64,000 nucleotides of DNA, taken from contig CAZRHR010000002.1 of the NCBI GenBank assembly GCA_964599915.1, positions 3,617 to 67,616 of the forward strand, given 5' to 3'. The position numbers and the translations under genes are program-made. Of the stretch, positions 1 through 10,293 are shown piece by piece. This DNA is from an uncultured Candidatus Competibacteraceae bacterium (GTDB lineage Bacteria > Bacteroidota > Bacteroidia > CAIKAF01). Positions within the stretch are counted from its first letter, which is position 1; each line of letters starts with the position of its first letter. A model generated the notes under the pieces. That model saw only the letters and a list, made by a program, of their open reading frames with translations. It searched no databases and was not told the DNA's origin.

Positions 1-1284
1 CTCTTTTGGCACCAATCATCAGGGCCATTAAGGTAAGCACGGTAACTTGCGCGGTGAAGGCTTTGGTAGAAGCCACACCGATTTCAGGACCGGCATGGGT
101 ATAAGAACCTGCGTGGGTAGCACGAGCAATGCTGGAACCCACGACGTTACAAATGCCTAAAATGGTTGCACCCCGATCTTTAGCCAATTGGATGGCGGCT
201 AAGGTATCGGCGGTTTCTCCGGATTGAGAGATGGCCAAAACGATGTCCTCTTCATTGAGAATAGGATCGCGATAACGGAACTCAGAGGCATACTCTACTT
301 CCACCGGAATACGCGCCAAATCTTCAAACAAATATTCGCCCACCAAGCCGGCATGCCATGACGTACCACATCCAATAATAATGATGCGTCTGGCATTTAT
401 AATTTTACGTTCGAAATCTAAGATTCCGCCTAATGAAACCCGTCCCTCTTCCAAACTCAAACGGCCACGCATGCTATCCCGGATAGACCTTGGCTGCTCA
501 TGGATTTCCTTTAACATGAAATGCTCAAACCCTTCCTTTTCCAATTGCTCCAATTCAATTTGAAGGTGCTGGATATAAGGTGTAATAGGCTCATCACCAA
601 TGGTTCTAATGCGCAATTCATGGCCAGGACGAACCACCGCAATCTCTTCATCTTCCAGATACACCACGTTCTTGGTGTATTCCACAATGGGCGTGGCATC
701 TGAGGCGATGTAAAACGCATGGTTATCTTTTCCAATCCCAATAACCAATGGACTTCCTTTTTTGGCTGCAACCAGTTTGCCAGGCTCATTTTTATCCATC
801 AATACAATGGCGTAAGCGCCAATAACTTCAGATAAAGCCAAGCGTAAGGTATCTTCTATAGGCAGGGATTCATTTTTTCGGATATCTGCGATAAGATACA
901 CCAATACTTCCGTATCGGTGTCGCTTCTAAACACATAGCCACGGTTTTGCAAACCTTGTTTCAGGATGGCATAATTCTCAATAATGCCATTGTGAATCAT
1001 GACAATGTCCTCTTCCTGAGAAAAATGCGGATGGGCATTGGCATCATTTGGGGGACCATGGGTCGCCCAACGGGTGTGCCCAATGCCAGCTTGCCCACTG
1101 GTGTCTTTCCCTAAACTATAGGTCTCCAAATCGGAAACCTTTCCTTTGCATTTAAACAGTTTCAGGCCATCTTTCATCAGGGCGATGCCAGCGCTGTCGT
1201 AGCCTCTGTATTCTAACCTGCGTAATCCTTTAATAAGGATAGGATACGCTTCCTCTGGTCCAATATATCCAACAATCCCACACA
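1..1284 (-). CDS. glmS: glutamine--fructose-6-phosphate aminotransferase, N-terminal part (runs off window start)
   Basis: Reverse translation from 1284 starts MCGIVGYIGPEE, the class-II glutamine amidotransferase N-terminus with catalytic Cys2, followed by the typical GlmS GATase and SIS regions. There is no stop before position 1, so the ORF track did not list it. Confidence 0.9.
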
Positions 1285-1289
1285 TAAAA

Positions 1290-2600
1290 TCAGTCTGTTA
1301 TCCGGGTCAGTATAAATTTAATTTTCATGGGTGTTTGGGCATCTTTAGGACCGGCAAAAATGGCCCTCCTGGCTTCCGACACTTTGAGGTTGGTCAGCAC
1401 AGGAAAGTCTATGTAAAATCCTTTGTCCGGAATACTTCCGCTTAACACCTTTTGAAAATATCTTGTAGGGCGTAAAATAAACGCTTTTTTGGTAGAGTTG
1501 TAGGTTCCGGAGAAATAATTTGATGTAATATCATCCATGGGCCGAATTAAATTGGCATCTGAATAGTAATAGGTAGATAATAAGGCGGGTAAGGTAAATC
1601 GTTCTATGTCGAATTCCTTTACCGGAAGCGTTATCTCCGCTTGATTCACAATCCATTTACCTTGCTGATTCAACTTGGTAAAGTGTGGAATTTGGCAGTA
1701 AATACGCAACCCCTGCATGGTTTGCAGATAGAGGTCTGGTTGCTGTGTATAGTTGTAAGAAGTATCAGCTAATTTTTGAGTAACACTAGGGTCACCTACC
1801 GAGTAGTCATGCGTAAATCGGTTAATGCGAATATTTTGCGACCCCGCCATGGAAATGGACACCGACTGAATGGGAGCGCTGGCATTATTAAAATATAAAA
1901 CGATGGAAGATCCGGTAGCAGATAAATCGAACGCGGCGATTCCTCCATTTCCGGGGGAGGGCTGGAAAAGATTGGCTTTTACATACAATCCTTTGAGTAC
2001 CGCTCTAATGTTGCTGTTTTTGAGTGAATCTGCGTCCAAAAGGCGTTGACCCAAATCGTTGCTCAATCGAATCCGAAGACGAGAAAAATCTGCGCCAGTT
2101 CCAAACTGCGGCACAAATCCCCGGGTAGCCAAAGGCTGTGAGGCGATGGAAAAATTTTGATTGCTTTGGTGATATCCCGTAGTGGCGGGTGGAGGTAAAA
2201 TGGAATCCAGCACTTCAAAAACCTGTAATTCCTGATAGCCGGTAAACTTACTCACATCTCCATATCCTCTGTGGAACTGAAGAATCATCACCATAGAATC
2301 AATCTTTGGATTCACCCCAAAACTTTGAACTGGCTGTGTTATTGATACGGTGGATAAGAAGCCAGCTTGGGTTCTTCCCAAACTTGCATCCCACATGTCC
2401 CCTAACAAGGCATAACGCGCACCATCGGCACGCAAGGTATCGTCTCGTTCTACCCTGGCCAAAACCGTGAAAGTATCCACCACTTCCCCTTCAATAAATT
2501 CATCCGGAGGAATGATGTCGGGTCCATAAGCACTTTCCTCGGCACAACTGAAAAAAGTGAGTGACAGGAGGAGAAAATAAACGATACTTTTCATGGTCAA
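1290..2600 (-). CDS. hypothetical lipoprotein (DUF4270-like, commonly next to glmS/glycogen-synthase-like gene in Bacteroidota)
   Basis: 436-aa ORF whose N-terminus MKSIVYFLLLSLTFFSC is a lipoprotein signal peptide with a lipobox Cys. No recognisable catalytic motif; the family assignment is from memory of gene neighbourhoods only. Confidence 0.5.
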   Translation of the reverse strand: MTMKSIVYFLLLSLTFFSCAEESAYGPDIIPPDEFIEGEVVDTFTVLARVERDDTLRADGARYALLGDMWDASLGRTQAGFLSTVSITQPVQSFGVNPKIDSMVMILQFHRGYGDVSKFTGYQELQVFEVLDSILPPPATTGYHQSNQNFSIASQPLATRGFVPQFGTGADFSRLRIRLSNDLGQRLLDADSLKNSNIRAVLKGLYVKANLFQPSPGNGGIAAFDLSATGSSIVLYFNNASAPIQSVSISMAGSQNIRINRFTHDYSVGDPSVTQKLADTSYNYTQQPDLYLQTMQGLRIYCQIPHFTKLNQQGKWIVNQAEITLPVKEFDIERFTLPALLSTYYYSDANLIRPMDDITSNYFSGTYNSTKKAFILRPTRYFQKVLSGSIPDKGFYIDFPVLTNLKVSEARRAIFAGPKDAQTPMKIKFILTRITD

Positions 2601-2663
2601 AAAATAAATATCCGCAAGGCACCATGGCCCTGCGGATAAGCGCTAATTTTTATTTTACGTGCA

Positions 2664-3491
2664 TCAATCTGCAAGAACAACGGCATCGATGAGTTCATCG
2701 TAGAGGGTCGCCATAGGTCCGGCCATGTCATCTTCGGGCGTACATTTTAAAAGTCGCACACCTGATTTCTCAGCAAAGGCCACTAAATCTTCGGAAACCG
2801 CTTCATTAGAGAGCACTACCGCATCAGAGTAACGAATACTTTCCTTCATGATGGACACGTAGCGGGTATCTTCCGGTGCATAATCTTCTGATCGCATGTT
2901 GTTCCACAATACTTTTTCAGCAAATCGACCATCCAATGCGCCACTAAATTCATCTGTTTTATACAGTGAGGTAACCACCTTAGCGTGCTGATAAATAGGG
3001 TCTTCTTTCAATGCTGTTTTTAAATATACCGGAATCAATCCAGCCACCCAACCATGGCAATGAATGACATCTGGAATCCAGCCTAATTTCTTTACCGTCT
3101 CCAAAACACCGCGCGCAAAAAATATGGCACGCTCATCGTTGTCCTCAAAAAAAGTACCTGTTTGGTCACATAGGGTATGTTTGCGCCGGAAATACTCTTC
3201 GTTATCAATAAAATAAACCTGCATCCTAGCGGATGGAATAGACGCTACTTTAATGATAAGCGGCTGGTCTGAATCATTAACCACCAGGTTCATGCCGGAT
3301 AGACGAATCACTTCGTGAAGTTGGTGCCTACGTTCATTGATGCACCCATATCTTGGCATGAAATTTCGGATTTCAAAACCATTTTCTAAAATGGCTTGTG
3401 GTAATTGCCGACAAATTTTAGACATGTTTGTTTCTGTTCCCAAGTAAGGCTCCATTTCTTGGGTCACATATAAAATCTTACGTTTTTCCAT
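2664..3491 (-). CDS. glycogen/starch-synthase-like protein, short N-terminal-domain-only form
   Basis: MEKRKILYVTQEMEPYLG resembles the glycogen synthase N-terminus (KILYVTSE..P..KTGG). HCHGWVAGLIPVYLK resembles the GT5 HCHDW motif. The protein is ~275 aa, so the C-terminal GT-B half is absent. The ATG at 3491 was chosen over the ORF-track start at 3542. Confidence 0.6.
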   Translation of the reverse strand: MEKRKILYVTQEMEPYLGTETNMSKICRQLPQAILENGFEIRNFMPRYGCINERRHQLHEVIRLSGMNLVVNDSDQPLIIKVASIPSARMQVYFIDNEEYFRRKHTLCDQTGTFFEDNDERAIFFARGVLETVKKLGWIPDVIHCHGWVAGLIPVYLKTALKEDPIYQHAKVVTSLYKTDEFSGALDGRFAEKVLWNNMRSEDYAPEDTRYVSIMKESIRYSDAVVLSNEAVSEDLVAFAEKSGVRLLKCTPEDDMAGPMATLYDELIDAVVLAD

Positions 3492-3662
3492 GCGGTGTAT
3501 CTTCTGTGCTTCGGGCGGGTCTGCGTTTGAAACACTCTGCAAAATTAAGCAAATTTCGCCGACTTTTCAAAATTCTTGTTTTACTTTGTCTGCCATGGCC
3601 GGTGGTTTTTTGCCTGCCCATGCGGTAAACGAAATTTGTTTTTCCTTATTGTTTCAACCCAC

Positions 3663-4502
3663 ATGGAATTAATTCGCACCGCGGAGGCTCTTCAAATTTG
3701 GCGGAAAGCCCAAAACGACAAAAATGGTAGTGTAGGCTTTGTCCCCACCATGGGCGCACTTCATCAAGGTCATTTGTCCTTGGTCGCACAATCCGCTCAA
3801 CATCACGACCAAACCTTGGTGTCCATTTTTGTAAATCCACTTCAATTTAACAACGCCAAGGACTTAGCGCATTATCCAAGAACACAAGATGCAGACATTT
3901 CACTCCTGGAAAAAACGGGCTGCACCGCCATTTATCTTCCGGAGGAAAAAGACATCTATGGCCAAACCGTTCCCTTATCCTTTGACCTTGGACCACTTGA
4001 ACAATGGTTAGAAGGAGCGCATCGACCCGGACATTTTCAAGGTGTGGCCAATGTAATTGAACAACTGTTTTCTCAAGTGCAACCGAATGCCGCTTATTTT
4101 GGACTAAAGGACTATCAGCAATATTTAATTATTCGCCACCTCTCCGCACAAAGATTTCCCCACATTCGCATCGTTGGATGTCCTACCCTGCGAGACGCAC
4201 AAGGGCTAGCCATGAGTTCCAGAAACACAAGGCTTTCACCCGAAGCCTATCACCAAGCGCTGGTGGTTCCAAAACTTCTGCTTACCATTCCTTCAGGGCA
4301 CACCCACCAACCTTTTTCTGCTTTCACGGAACAGCTCCAACAAACGATACGTCAAAATCCGCTGTTAAGGTTAGAATATTTTTCGCTGAACCGTGCGGAT
4401 AACCTACAACCTTTACAACACTTTGACCCTAACTTGCCCATGGTGGTTTCGGTCGCTTTCTATGCGGACGACGTAAGGCTCATTGACAATGTTTTGTTTT
4501 AA
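3663..4502 (+). CDS. panC: pantoate--beta-alanine ligase
   Basis: FVPTMGALHQGHLSLV is the HIGH-type motif of PanC. Length ~279 aa from the internal ATG at 3663, which is in frame with the ORF-track start at 3576. Confidence 0.85.
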   Translation: MELIRTAEALQIWRKAQNDKNGSVGFVPTMGALHQGHLSLVAQSAQHHDQTLVSIFVNPLQFNNAKDLAHYPRTQDADISLLEKTGCTAIYLPEEKDIYGQTVPLSFDLGPLEQWLEGAHRPGHFQGVANVIEQLFSQVQPNAAYFGLKDYQQYLIIRHLSAQRFPHIRIVGCPTLRDAQGLAMSSRNTRLSPEAYHQALVVPKLLLTIPSGHTHQPFSAFTEQLQQTIRQNPLLRLEYFSLNRADNLQPLQHFDPNLPMVVSVAFYADDVRLIDNVLF

Positions 4503-4630
4503 TGGCGAAAAGGCCTCCTTACTTATTTGGCCCAAAGACAAAACCAACCTAACTTTTACTTTATGCTATTAAACCACTTCTTTAATACCTTTGTCAAAGC
4601 TGATTCCCTTATTATCGATTTTCGTTCCGC

Positions 4631-5650
4631 ATGACAAACGCTCCATCCGCCTCTCGCATCAAAGAAATAGGTCGTATCCTTTTATTTTTAAGCCTTGGCG
4701 TGGCAGTAGTGTGGATTTTCTGGATTCGTATGGATGCAGAAGACAAAATGGCTTTTGGCCGTGCGCTGAAAGAAGCATCTTATGGCTGGATCATCCTTTC
4801 TTTTGGCATGGGACTGCTGAGTCACTACATTCGTGCATGGCGGTGGAGAGAACTCCTTGAAGTTTTTTCTTTTAAACCCAAAATGTACAACCTGTTCTTT
4901 GCGGTCATGAACATGTATTTTTTCAACATGTTGGTGCCGCGTTTAGGAGAAATCACCCGATGTGGTCTTCTACGCCAATATGAACAAGTCCCCATGGAAA
5001 AAGGATTGGGTTCGGTGGTCGCAGAGCGCGCCGTGGACATGCTCATGCTTTTGGGCATTATGGGACTTACCGCACTCATTCAATGGCAGCATTTCGGGAG
5101 CATTATTGCACAACTTCAGGCAAAGGGTGGCGGTGCGGCAGACGCCTCCGGGCCATCCTATACCAAATATTTCATTTTAGGCTTTTTCCTCCTTCTTTTC
5201 GTGGTGGGATTCTTGCTAAGAAAACACCCTAAAGTGCAGCCCTTACTTGGAAAAATTAAAAATTTAGCTTTGGGATTTTGGGAGGGACTTCGCGCCGTAA
5301 CCAAACTTCGCCGGCCAGGTCTATTTATCCTGCAAACGTTACTCATCTGGGGCTTGTATTATGGCATGTCTTGGGTTTGCTTTTTGTCTATGCCTCAGGT
5401 GCCTGCGCCTTGGCTTTCACCCTTGACCATCATGGCCGCAGGTTCCATTGCCATCATTGTGGTTCCGGGTGGCATTGGCGCCTTCCCTGTCATTGTTGCC
5501 GCAGTGCTGGGTTTGCCACATTTAGGTAGTGTGCCAGATGGCGAAGGACTCGCCCTAGGTTGGATCATTTGGGGCGCGCAAACGTCTGTTGTTTTGATTG
5601 CAGGAGCGCTGAGTTTGGCACTGGTTCCTCTTTTCAACCGAAAAAAATAA
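4631..5650 (+). CDS. polytopic membrane protein, lysylphosphatidylglycerol-synthase-TM-region-like (UPF0104 flippase-like)
   Basis: 339 aa with many predicted TM helices and the general architecture of UPF0104 proteins. The family call is tentative. Confidence 0.45.
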   Translation: MTNAPSASRIKEIGRILLFLSLGVAVVWIFWIRMDAEDKMAFGRALKEASYGWIILSFGMGLLSHYIRAWRWRELLEVFSFKPKMYNLFFAVMNMYFFNMLVPRLGEITRCGLLRQYEQVPMEKGLGSVVAERAVDMLMLLGIMGLTALIQWQHFGSIIAQLQAKGGGAADASGPSYTKYFILGFFLLLFVVGFLLRKHPKVQPLLGKIKNLALGFWEGLRAVTKLRRPGLFILQTLLIWGLYYGMSWVCFLSMPQVPAPWLSPLTIMAAGSIAIIVVPGGIGAFPVIVAAVLGLPHLGSVPDGEGLALGWIIWGAQTSVVLIAGALSLALVPLFNRKK

Positions 5651-6144
5651 TGGCCACACCGCATATTTTTGATTCAATAAAAGCCCTTCAACCCTTCATA
5701 CAAAGTTGGAAACTTAAGTCCGACACGGTGGTTTTTACCAATGGGTGTTTCGATTTGTTGCATGCAGGACATGTGTTTGTTTTGGAAGAAGCGGCCAAGT
5801 TGGGACAAAGGCTGGTGGTTGGTATCAATTCGGACGAAAGCATTGCGGGTTTAAAAGGGCCTCTCCGCCCCATTTTACCTTTGGCAGAACGCATGGCCAT
5901 GGTGGCGAGCCTTCGCTGTGTAGATGCGGTGATTGCTTTTGACACCCCAACGCCGGAACATCTAATCCAAGAGATTTCCCCGAATATTTTGGTAAAAGGC
6001 GGCGATTATACCCCTGAAACTACGATAGGCGCTTCGTGGGTTCAAGCACATGGTGGAGAAGTAGTCATCATTCCTTTAAAGCCGGGATGGAGCACCACAC
6101 ACATTATTGAAAAAATAAAATCACAAAACCTTACCGAACTTTAA
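5650..6144 (+). CDS. D-glycero-beta-D-manno-heptose 1-phosphate adenylyltransferase-like cytidylyltransferase (RfaE domain II-like)
   Basis: VFTNGCFDLLHAGHVFVLEEAAKLGQRLVVGINSDESI contains the HxGH nucleotidyltransferase motif of the RfaE/HldE C-domain. The start ATG overlaps the upstream stop as TAATG. Confidence 0.75.
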   Translation: MATPHIFDSIKALQPFIQSWKLKSDTVVFTNGCFDLLHAGHVFVLEEAAKLGQRLVVGINSDESIAGLKGPLRPILPLAERMAMVASLRCVDAVIAFDTPTPEHLIQEISPNILVKGGDYTPETTIGASWVQAHGGEVVIIPLKPGWSTTHIIEKIKSQNLTEL

Positions 6145-6244
6145 AACCATTGTATTTAATTAGAACATGGAATTACATACGTTTTTCATGTTCTTTCAAA
6201 TAAAATATTTACATTTGTCGACCAAGTTTTAGTTATCTATTCAC

Positions 6245-6703
6245 ATGAAACAGTTCAAAACCCTTCTTTTGGGCGCCCTTGCGGCGGGTGTTATGTTCAC
6301 CGGATGCTTAGGCAGCACAGAAGATGATATCATTGGTACCTGGAGATTGGTACCCGTAGACCCTACCGTAGTTCCTTTTGAATTGACCTTCAGAGAAGAT
6401 TTCACCTTGGGATTCCGCGACTTACAACATGGTGCTGTAGCAGAAGGCACCTTTAAATTGGCGGCAGATTTTGACCACAGATACGTAGATATCATGGGAT
6501 TGAATGAAGCTTGGGCTTGGTATGATTCTATCATTCCTCCCATGCCTGGTCAGCCACATCCTCTAATCAAAACCAAGTTTATTCAAAGCAAGCATGTGAT
6601 CACCAAACTCAATGCGACCACTTTGATTCTTTCAACCAACATGAAATCCCCCAATAGCGACCGGGCCATTGACCAATATGACCTGATGCGGGTGAATCCA
6701 TAA
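6245..6703 (+). CDS. small lipoprotein, lipocalin-like
   Basis: Signal peptide plus lipobox (MKQFKTLLLGALAAGVMFTGC), then a GTWRLV motif typical of lipocalin-like domains. Confidence 0.5.
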   Translation: MKQFKTLLLGALAAGVMFTGCLGSTEDDIIGTWRLVPVDPTVVPFELTFREDFTLGFRDLQHGAVAEGTFKLAADFDHRYVDIMGLNEAWAWYDSIIPPMPGQPHPLIKTKFIQSKHVITKLNATTLILSTNMKSPNSDRAIDQYDLMRVNP

Positions 6704-6749
6704 GACTTCATTTGTCTTACGGGAAAGCGGATGTTATCTTTGTGCTATA

Positions 6750-8117
6750 ATGGCCAAGATAAAATCCGCTTTTTTTTGTCAATCCTGTGGACATGAATCC
6801 CCCAAATGGCTGGGGAAATGTCCGGGATGTGGCGCATGGAATAGTTTTACCGAAGAAATTGTAGAAAAAACGGTTTCTACGGGTATTTCCAGTGCTTCAG
6901 GGAAAAGGGATCCCCGACCCGTCCCCTATTTAGAAGCGGCGGAAGAAAAATCCGAAGGGGCACGCATAGCTACGGGAAATGAATTAGACCGCGTGTTAGG
7001 CGGCGGCATTGTACCGGGTTCCGTAATCCTTTTGGGTGGTGAGCCCGGCATTGGAAAATCAACCTTATTGCTGCAAACCGCCCTAAACATTCCCGGCAAA
7101 CAAATTTTGTACGTATCGGGAGAAGAAAGTGAGCAGCAAGTAGGACTCAGGGCCAGACGCATGGCAGCCACCAACACCCAATGTGACATCCTCACCGAAA
7201 CCAAACTGGAAGTCATTCTACGGATCGCGGAAAAAACCAAACCCCACCTTCTCATTGTAGATTCCATTCAGACCATGTACACAGGACTTATCGATAGTTC
7301 TGCCGGTTCCGTTTCCCAAATTCGAGAGTGTACAGGTCAATTGCTGCGTTTTGCCAAACAATCCGGCATCCCGGTGATTTTAGTTGGCCATGTAACCAAA
7401 GACGGCCAAATTGCCGGCCCAAAACTTTTGGAACACATGGTGGATGTGGTGCTTCAATTTGAAGGCGATCGACATCATCTGTTCCGGATTGTAAGGGCCC
7501 TGAAAAATCGGTTTGGCGCCACCACCGAAATTGGGATTTATGAAATGCGCAACCATGGACTGGCCGAAGTGGAAAATCCATCGGGGATGCTGATGAGTCA
7601 AAGAGAGGAGCAATTGAGTGGAACCGTCACGGGAGTAGTAACGGAAGGAGTAAGGCCCTTGTTGTTAGAAACACAAGCCTTGGTGAGTTCAGCTGTATAT
7701 GGCACCCCACAAAGGTCAGCAACCGGATTCGATTTAAGACGCTTACATATGCTTTTGGCTGTGTTAGAAAAAAGATGTGGCTTCAGACTTGGGGTCTCCG
7801 ATGTCTTTTTAAACCTGACCGGAGGCATTCGGATTGAAGATCCGGCGCTGGATTTGGCGGTGGTTTCCGCCATTTTATCTTCTGCCGAAGATGCCCCCGT
7901 AGATCCGGGCATTTGTTTTAGTGCCGAAGTAGGCCTCACAGGAGAAATTCGGCCCGTTCAGCGCATTGAACAACGTATCGCCGAGGCTGAAAAATTGGGA
8001 TTTCATACATTATACACTTCTGCGTACAACCTCCGTGGGCTAGACCTTAGTCGTATGAAAATCAAAGTGGTAGGTTTGCAGCGTATGGAGCATTTGTACC
8101 GAGAAATATTTGGATAA
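6750..8117 (+). CDS. radA: DNA repair protein RadA/Sms
   Basis: N-terminal C4 zinc finger CQSCGHESPKWLGKCPGCGAWNSF. Walker A GEPGIGKST and the KNRFG motif are both present. A Lon-like C-terminal domain follows. Confidence 0.95.
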   Translation: MAKIKSAFFCQSCGHESPKWLGKCPGCGAWNSFTEEIVEKTVSTGISSASGKRDPRPVPYLEAAEEKSEGARIATGNELDRVLGGGIVPGSVILLGGEPGIGKSTLLLQTALNIPGKQILYVSGEESEQQVGLRARRMAATNTQCDILTETKLEVILRIAEKTKPHLLIVDSIQTMYTGLIDSSAGSVSQIRECTGQLLRFAKQSGIPVILVGHVTKDGQIAGPKLLEHMVDVVLQFEGDRHHLFRIVRALKNRFGATTEIGIYEMRNHGLAEVENPSGMLMSQREEQLSGTVTGVVTEGVRPLLLETQALVSSAVYGTPQRSATGFDLRRLHMLLAVLEKRCGFRLGVSDVFLNLTGGIRIEDPALDLAVVSAILSSAEDAPVDPGICFSAEVGLTGEIRPVQRIEQRIAEAEKLGFHTLYTSAYNLRGLDLSRMKIKVVGLQRMEHLYREIFG

Positions 8118-8119
8118 TT

Positions 8120-8719
8120 ATGTCATTTACCACCCTTTCCACCCGCATTTTGCTCATTATGTTGCCCCTTCTTTGGGTAGCGTGCAGCCCGCGGGAAAAA
8201 AAGGAGGCGACCGACCTTCGCCCCTGGCTTCAACAAGGCGATTCACTGCGCGACCTTAGCCAAAAAACATTGATGAATGCTTTGTTAAAAGCTGGTGCAG
8301 ATAGCGTTCCGGAACAAGCTGTGGCCTTTTGCCATGAGGAGGCCGCGGGGATTTTGTCTAACCTCACGGATGCCCAACACATCAAAATCCAAAGGGTGGC
8401 GGAAAAATTCAGAAACCCGAACAACGCGCTTCAACCCGAAGACCTGACGGTTTGGGACACATGGAAAAAACAATTGGCCCAAGGCCAGTCCTTAGCTTCA
8501 GAGGTAGAAATAAATAGAGAAAACCACAAGGTGTATCGGGCGCCCATTTTTTTGGGCATGCCCCTTTGTGAACGCTGCCATGGAGATGAAAATACCTTTT
8601 CTCCGGAACTACAAAAAACCTTGGCCCGTTTGTATCCAAACGACAAGGCAAGGAATTTTAGACAAGGCGATCTCCGGGGTATGTGGAAAATCACCTTTTT
8701 AAATCTTACAGGCCCATGA
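8120..8719 (+). CDS. lipoprotein with c-type heme-binding motif (DUF3365-like)
   Basis: Signal peptide with lipobox (LLWVACS). A single CxxCH motif (CERCHG) lies near the C-terminus. Confidence 0.5.
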   Translation: MSFTTLSTRILLIMLPLLWVACSPREKKEATDLRPWLQQGDSLRDLSQKTLMNALLKAGADSVPEQAVAFCHEEAAGILSNLTDAQHIKIQRVAEKFRNPNNALQPEDLTVWDTWKKQLAQGQSLASEVEINRENHKVYRAPIFLGMPLCERCHGDENTFSPELQKTLARLYPNDKARNFRQGDLRGMWKITFLNLTGP

Positions 8720-10254
8720 TGAGATGGATCACGCTAGTTTTGGGAATTTGTACAAGCTTCTGTATCTCCCTTTGGTCACAAGACCTTCCTTTAGACCGCA
8801 GTTCGCCCCGGAATACCGTCTATCAATTTTTGTATTATACAGAGGAGGCGCATTACGCACCGGAAAAAGCAGGCCTTTGCTTTCGCACGAGCCCGGAGGT
8901 AAATCCAGCACTGGTCGCAGAAAAATTCAGACAAATCCTCAATGCCAGGGGCATAGAAATTCCGTTACATAAACTACCCGATACGCGTGATTATTGGGAT
9001 ACATTGCATTTGGCCCAAAGGGTGGAATTACCCATTTCCATACGAGGTCTCTACCTAGCTAAATCGGACAGCCTATGGTTATTCGATGAAACAAGCACCG
9101 CCAAAATTCCCGGCTTGTTCCGTGAGACTTTTCCTTTTGGGACGGACTGGCTTATGGCGCTTTTACCCGGCATGGCAGAAAAACAATGGCTTGGATTAAA
9201 GGCATGGCAGGTGTTGGGCATTTTGGTGATTGTATTGTTGTTTCTTGCCCTTCATGTTTTATCTACCAAACTGATTGAATGGCTCACTCAACGGCTCATT
9301 CATAGTCCAAGGGTAAGTACGGCTCAGCGGAAAGCCACGCATAAAATGTCCATTCCACTCAGTTGGTATGTTCAATTGCATGTGGTCCAGTTGCTGGTTC
9401 CCTCGCTGCAGTTACCCATGCCGCTAGCTCATGTGATCATGTTGGGATTGGACATGTTAGCTCCCGTGGTGCTCACCTTTACCTTGTGGCGCGGGGTCGA
9501 TTTAGCCATGGTTTTCGCAGCCGAAAAAGCAGAGAAAACAGAGACCACCTTGGATGATCAATTGGTTCCACTTTTACGAAAAATATTAAAAGTATTGACC
9601 CTTGGCTTTGGTTTGGTTTTGGTGCTTAGGGCGCTTAACTTCAACATTGCCGCACTTATTGCAGGTGCCTCTTTGGGCGGTTTAGCCTTGGCTTTGGCCG
9701 CACAAGACACCATTAAAAACATGTTTGGCTCTTTGATGATTTTCTTAGATAAACCCTTTCACATTGGTCATTGGATTTTAGCGGATGGTGTAGATGGAGT
9801 GGTGGAAGAAGTAGGTTTTAGAAGCACAAGGGTTCGGACGTTTCAAAATTCTGTGGTCTATGTGCCCAATGGCAAAATTTCGGACATGGTGGTTAACAAC
9901 ATGGGCATGCGTCAGTACCGAAGATATCAGGCCATGCTGGGCATAGAATATGGTACACCGGCAGATCGGATAGAAGCCTTTGTGAAAGCGCTTCGTGACT
10001 TGGCCAATGAATATCCAGCAGCCGTTCAAGGTCAGTCGCAAGTCCATCTTTTTTCTTTTTCCGCCTCGTCATTAGACATCCGTTTTCAGGTGTTTTTGGA
10101 TGTGCCCAACTTCGATGCGGAGTTGGCATGCAGGGAAGCGTTGATGTTTTCCATCCTTCGTTTAGCGGAACAATGCGAGGTTGGCTTTGCCTTCCCGACC
10201 CAAACCTTGCATGTGGCTTCATTGCCGACCAACGGAAATGCTAACGTTCGTTAG
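8716..10254 (+). CDS. mechanosensitive ion channel, MscS family
   Basis: The conserved MscS region reads LIAGASLGGLALALAAQDTIKNMFGSLMIFLDKPFHIGHWI...VEEVGFRSTRVRTFQNSVVYVPNG. The start was moved to the ATG at 8716 (MMRW), giving an ATGA overlap with the upstream stop. Confidence 0.85.
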   Translation: MMRWITLVLGICTSFCISLWSQDLPLDRSSPRNTVYQFLYYTEEAHYAPEKAGLCFRTSPEVNPALVAEKFRQILNARGIEIPLHKLPDTRDYWDTLHLAQRVELPISIRGLYLAKSDSLWLFDETSTAKIPGLFRETFPFGTDWLMALLPGMAEKQWLGLKAWQVLGILVIVLLFLALHVLSTKLIEWLTQRLIHSPRVSTAQRKATHKMSIPLSWYVQLHVVQLLVPSLQLPMPLAHVIMLGLDMLAPVVLTFTLWRGVDLAMVFAAEKAEKTETTLDDQLVPLLRKILKVLTLGFGLVLVLRALNFNIAALIAGASLGGLALALAAQDTIKNMFGSLMIFLDKPFHIGHWILADGVDGVVEEVGFRSTRVRTFQNSVVYVPNGKISDMVVNNMGMRQYRRYQAMLGIEYGTPADRIEAFVKALRDLANEYPAAVQGQSQVHLFSFSASSLDIRFQVFLDVPNFDAELACREALMFSILRLAEQCEVGFAFPTQTLHVASLPTNGNANVR

Positions 10255-10293
10255 AAAGAGGAACAAAACTTCATGTTTCACGTTCAATCGGTT

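Noticed and set aside
3576-3662. N-terminal 29-aa extension of panC from the ORF-track start
   Set aside because: PanC homologues begin near MELIRT. The extension is Cys/Phe-rich and overlaps the divergent promoter region. The internal ATG at 3663 gives the expected ~280-aa length.
4591-4860. 89-aa ORF overlapping the start of the 339-aa membrane protein gene
   Set aside because: Alternative frame of the same region. The longer membrane-protein ORF, with hydrophobic periodicity, explains the sequence.
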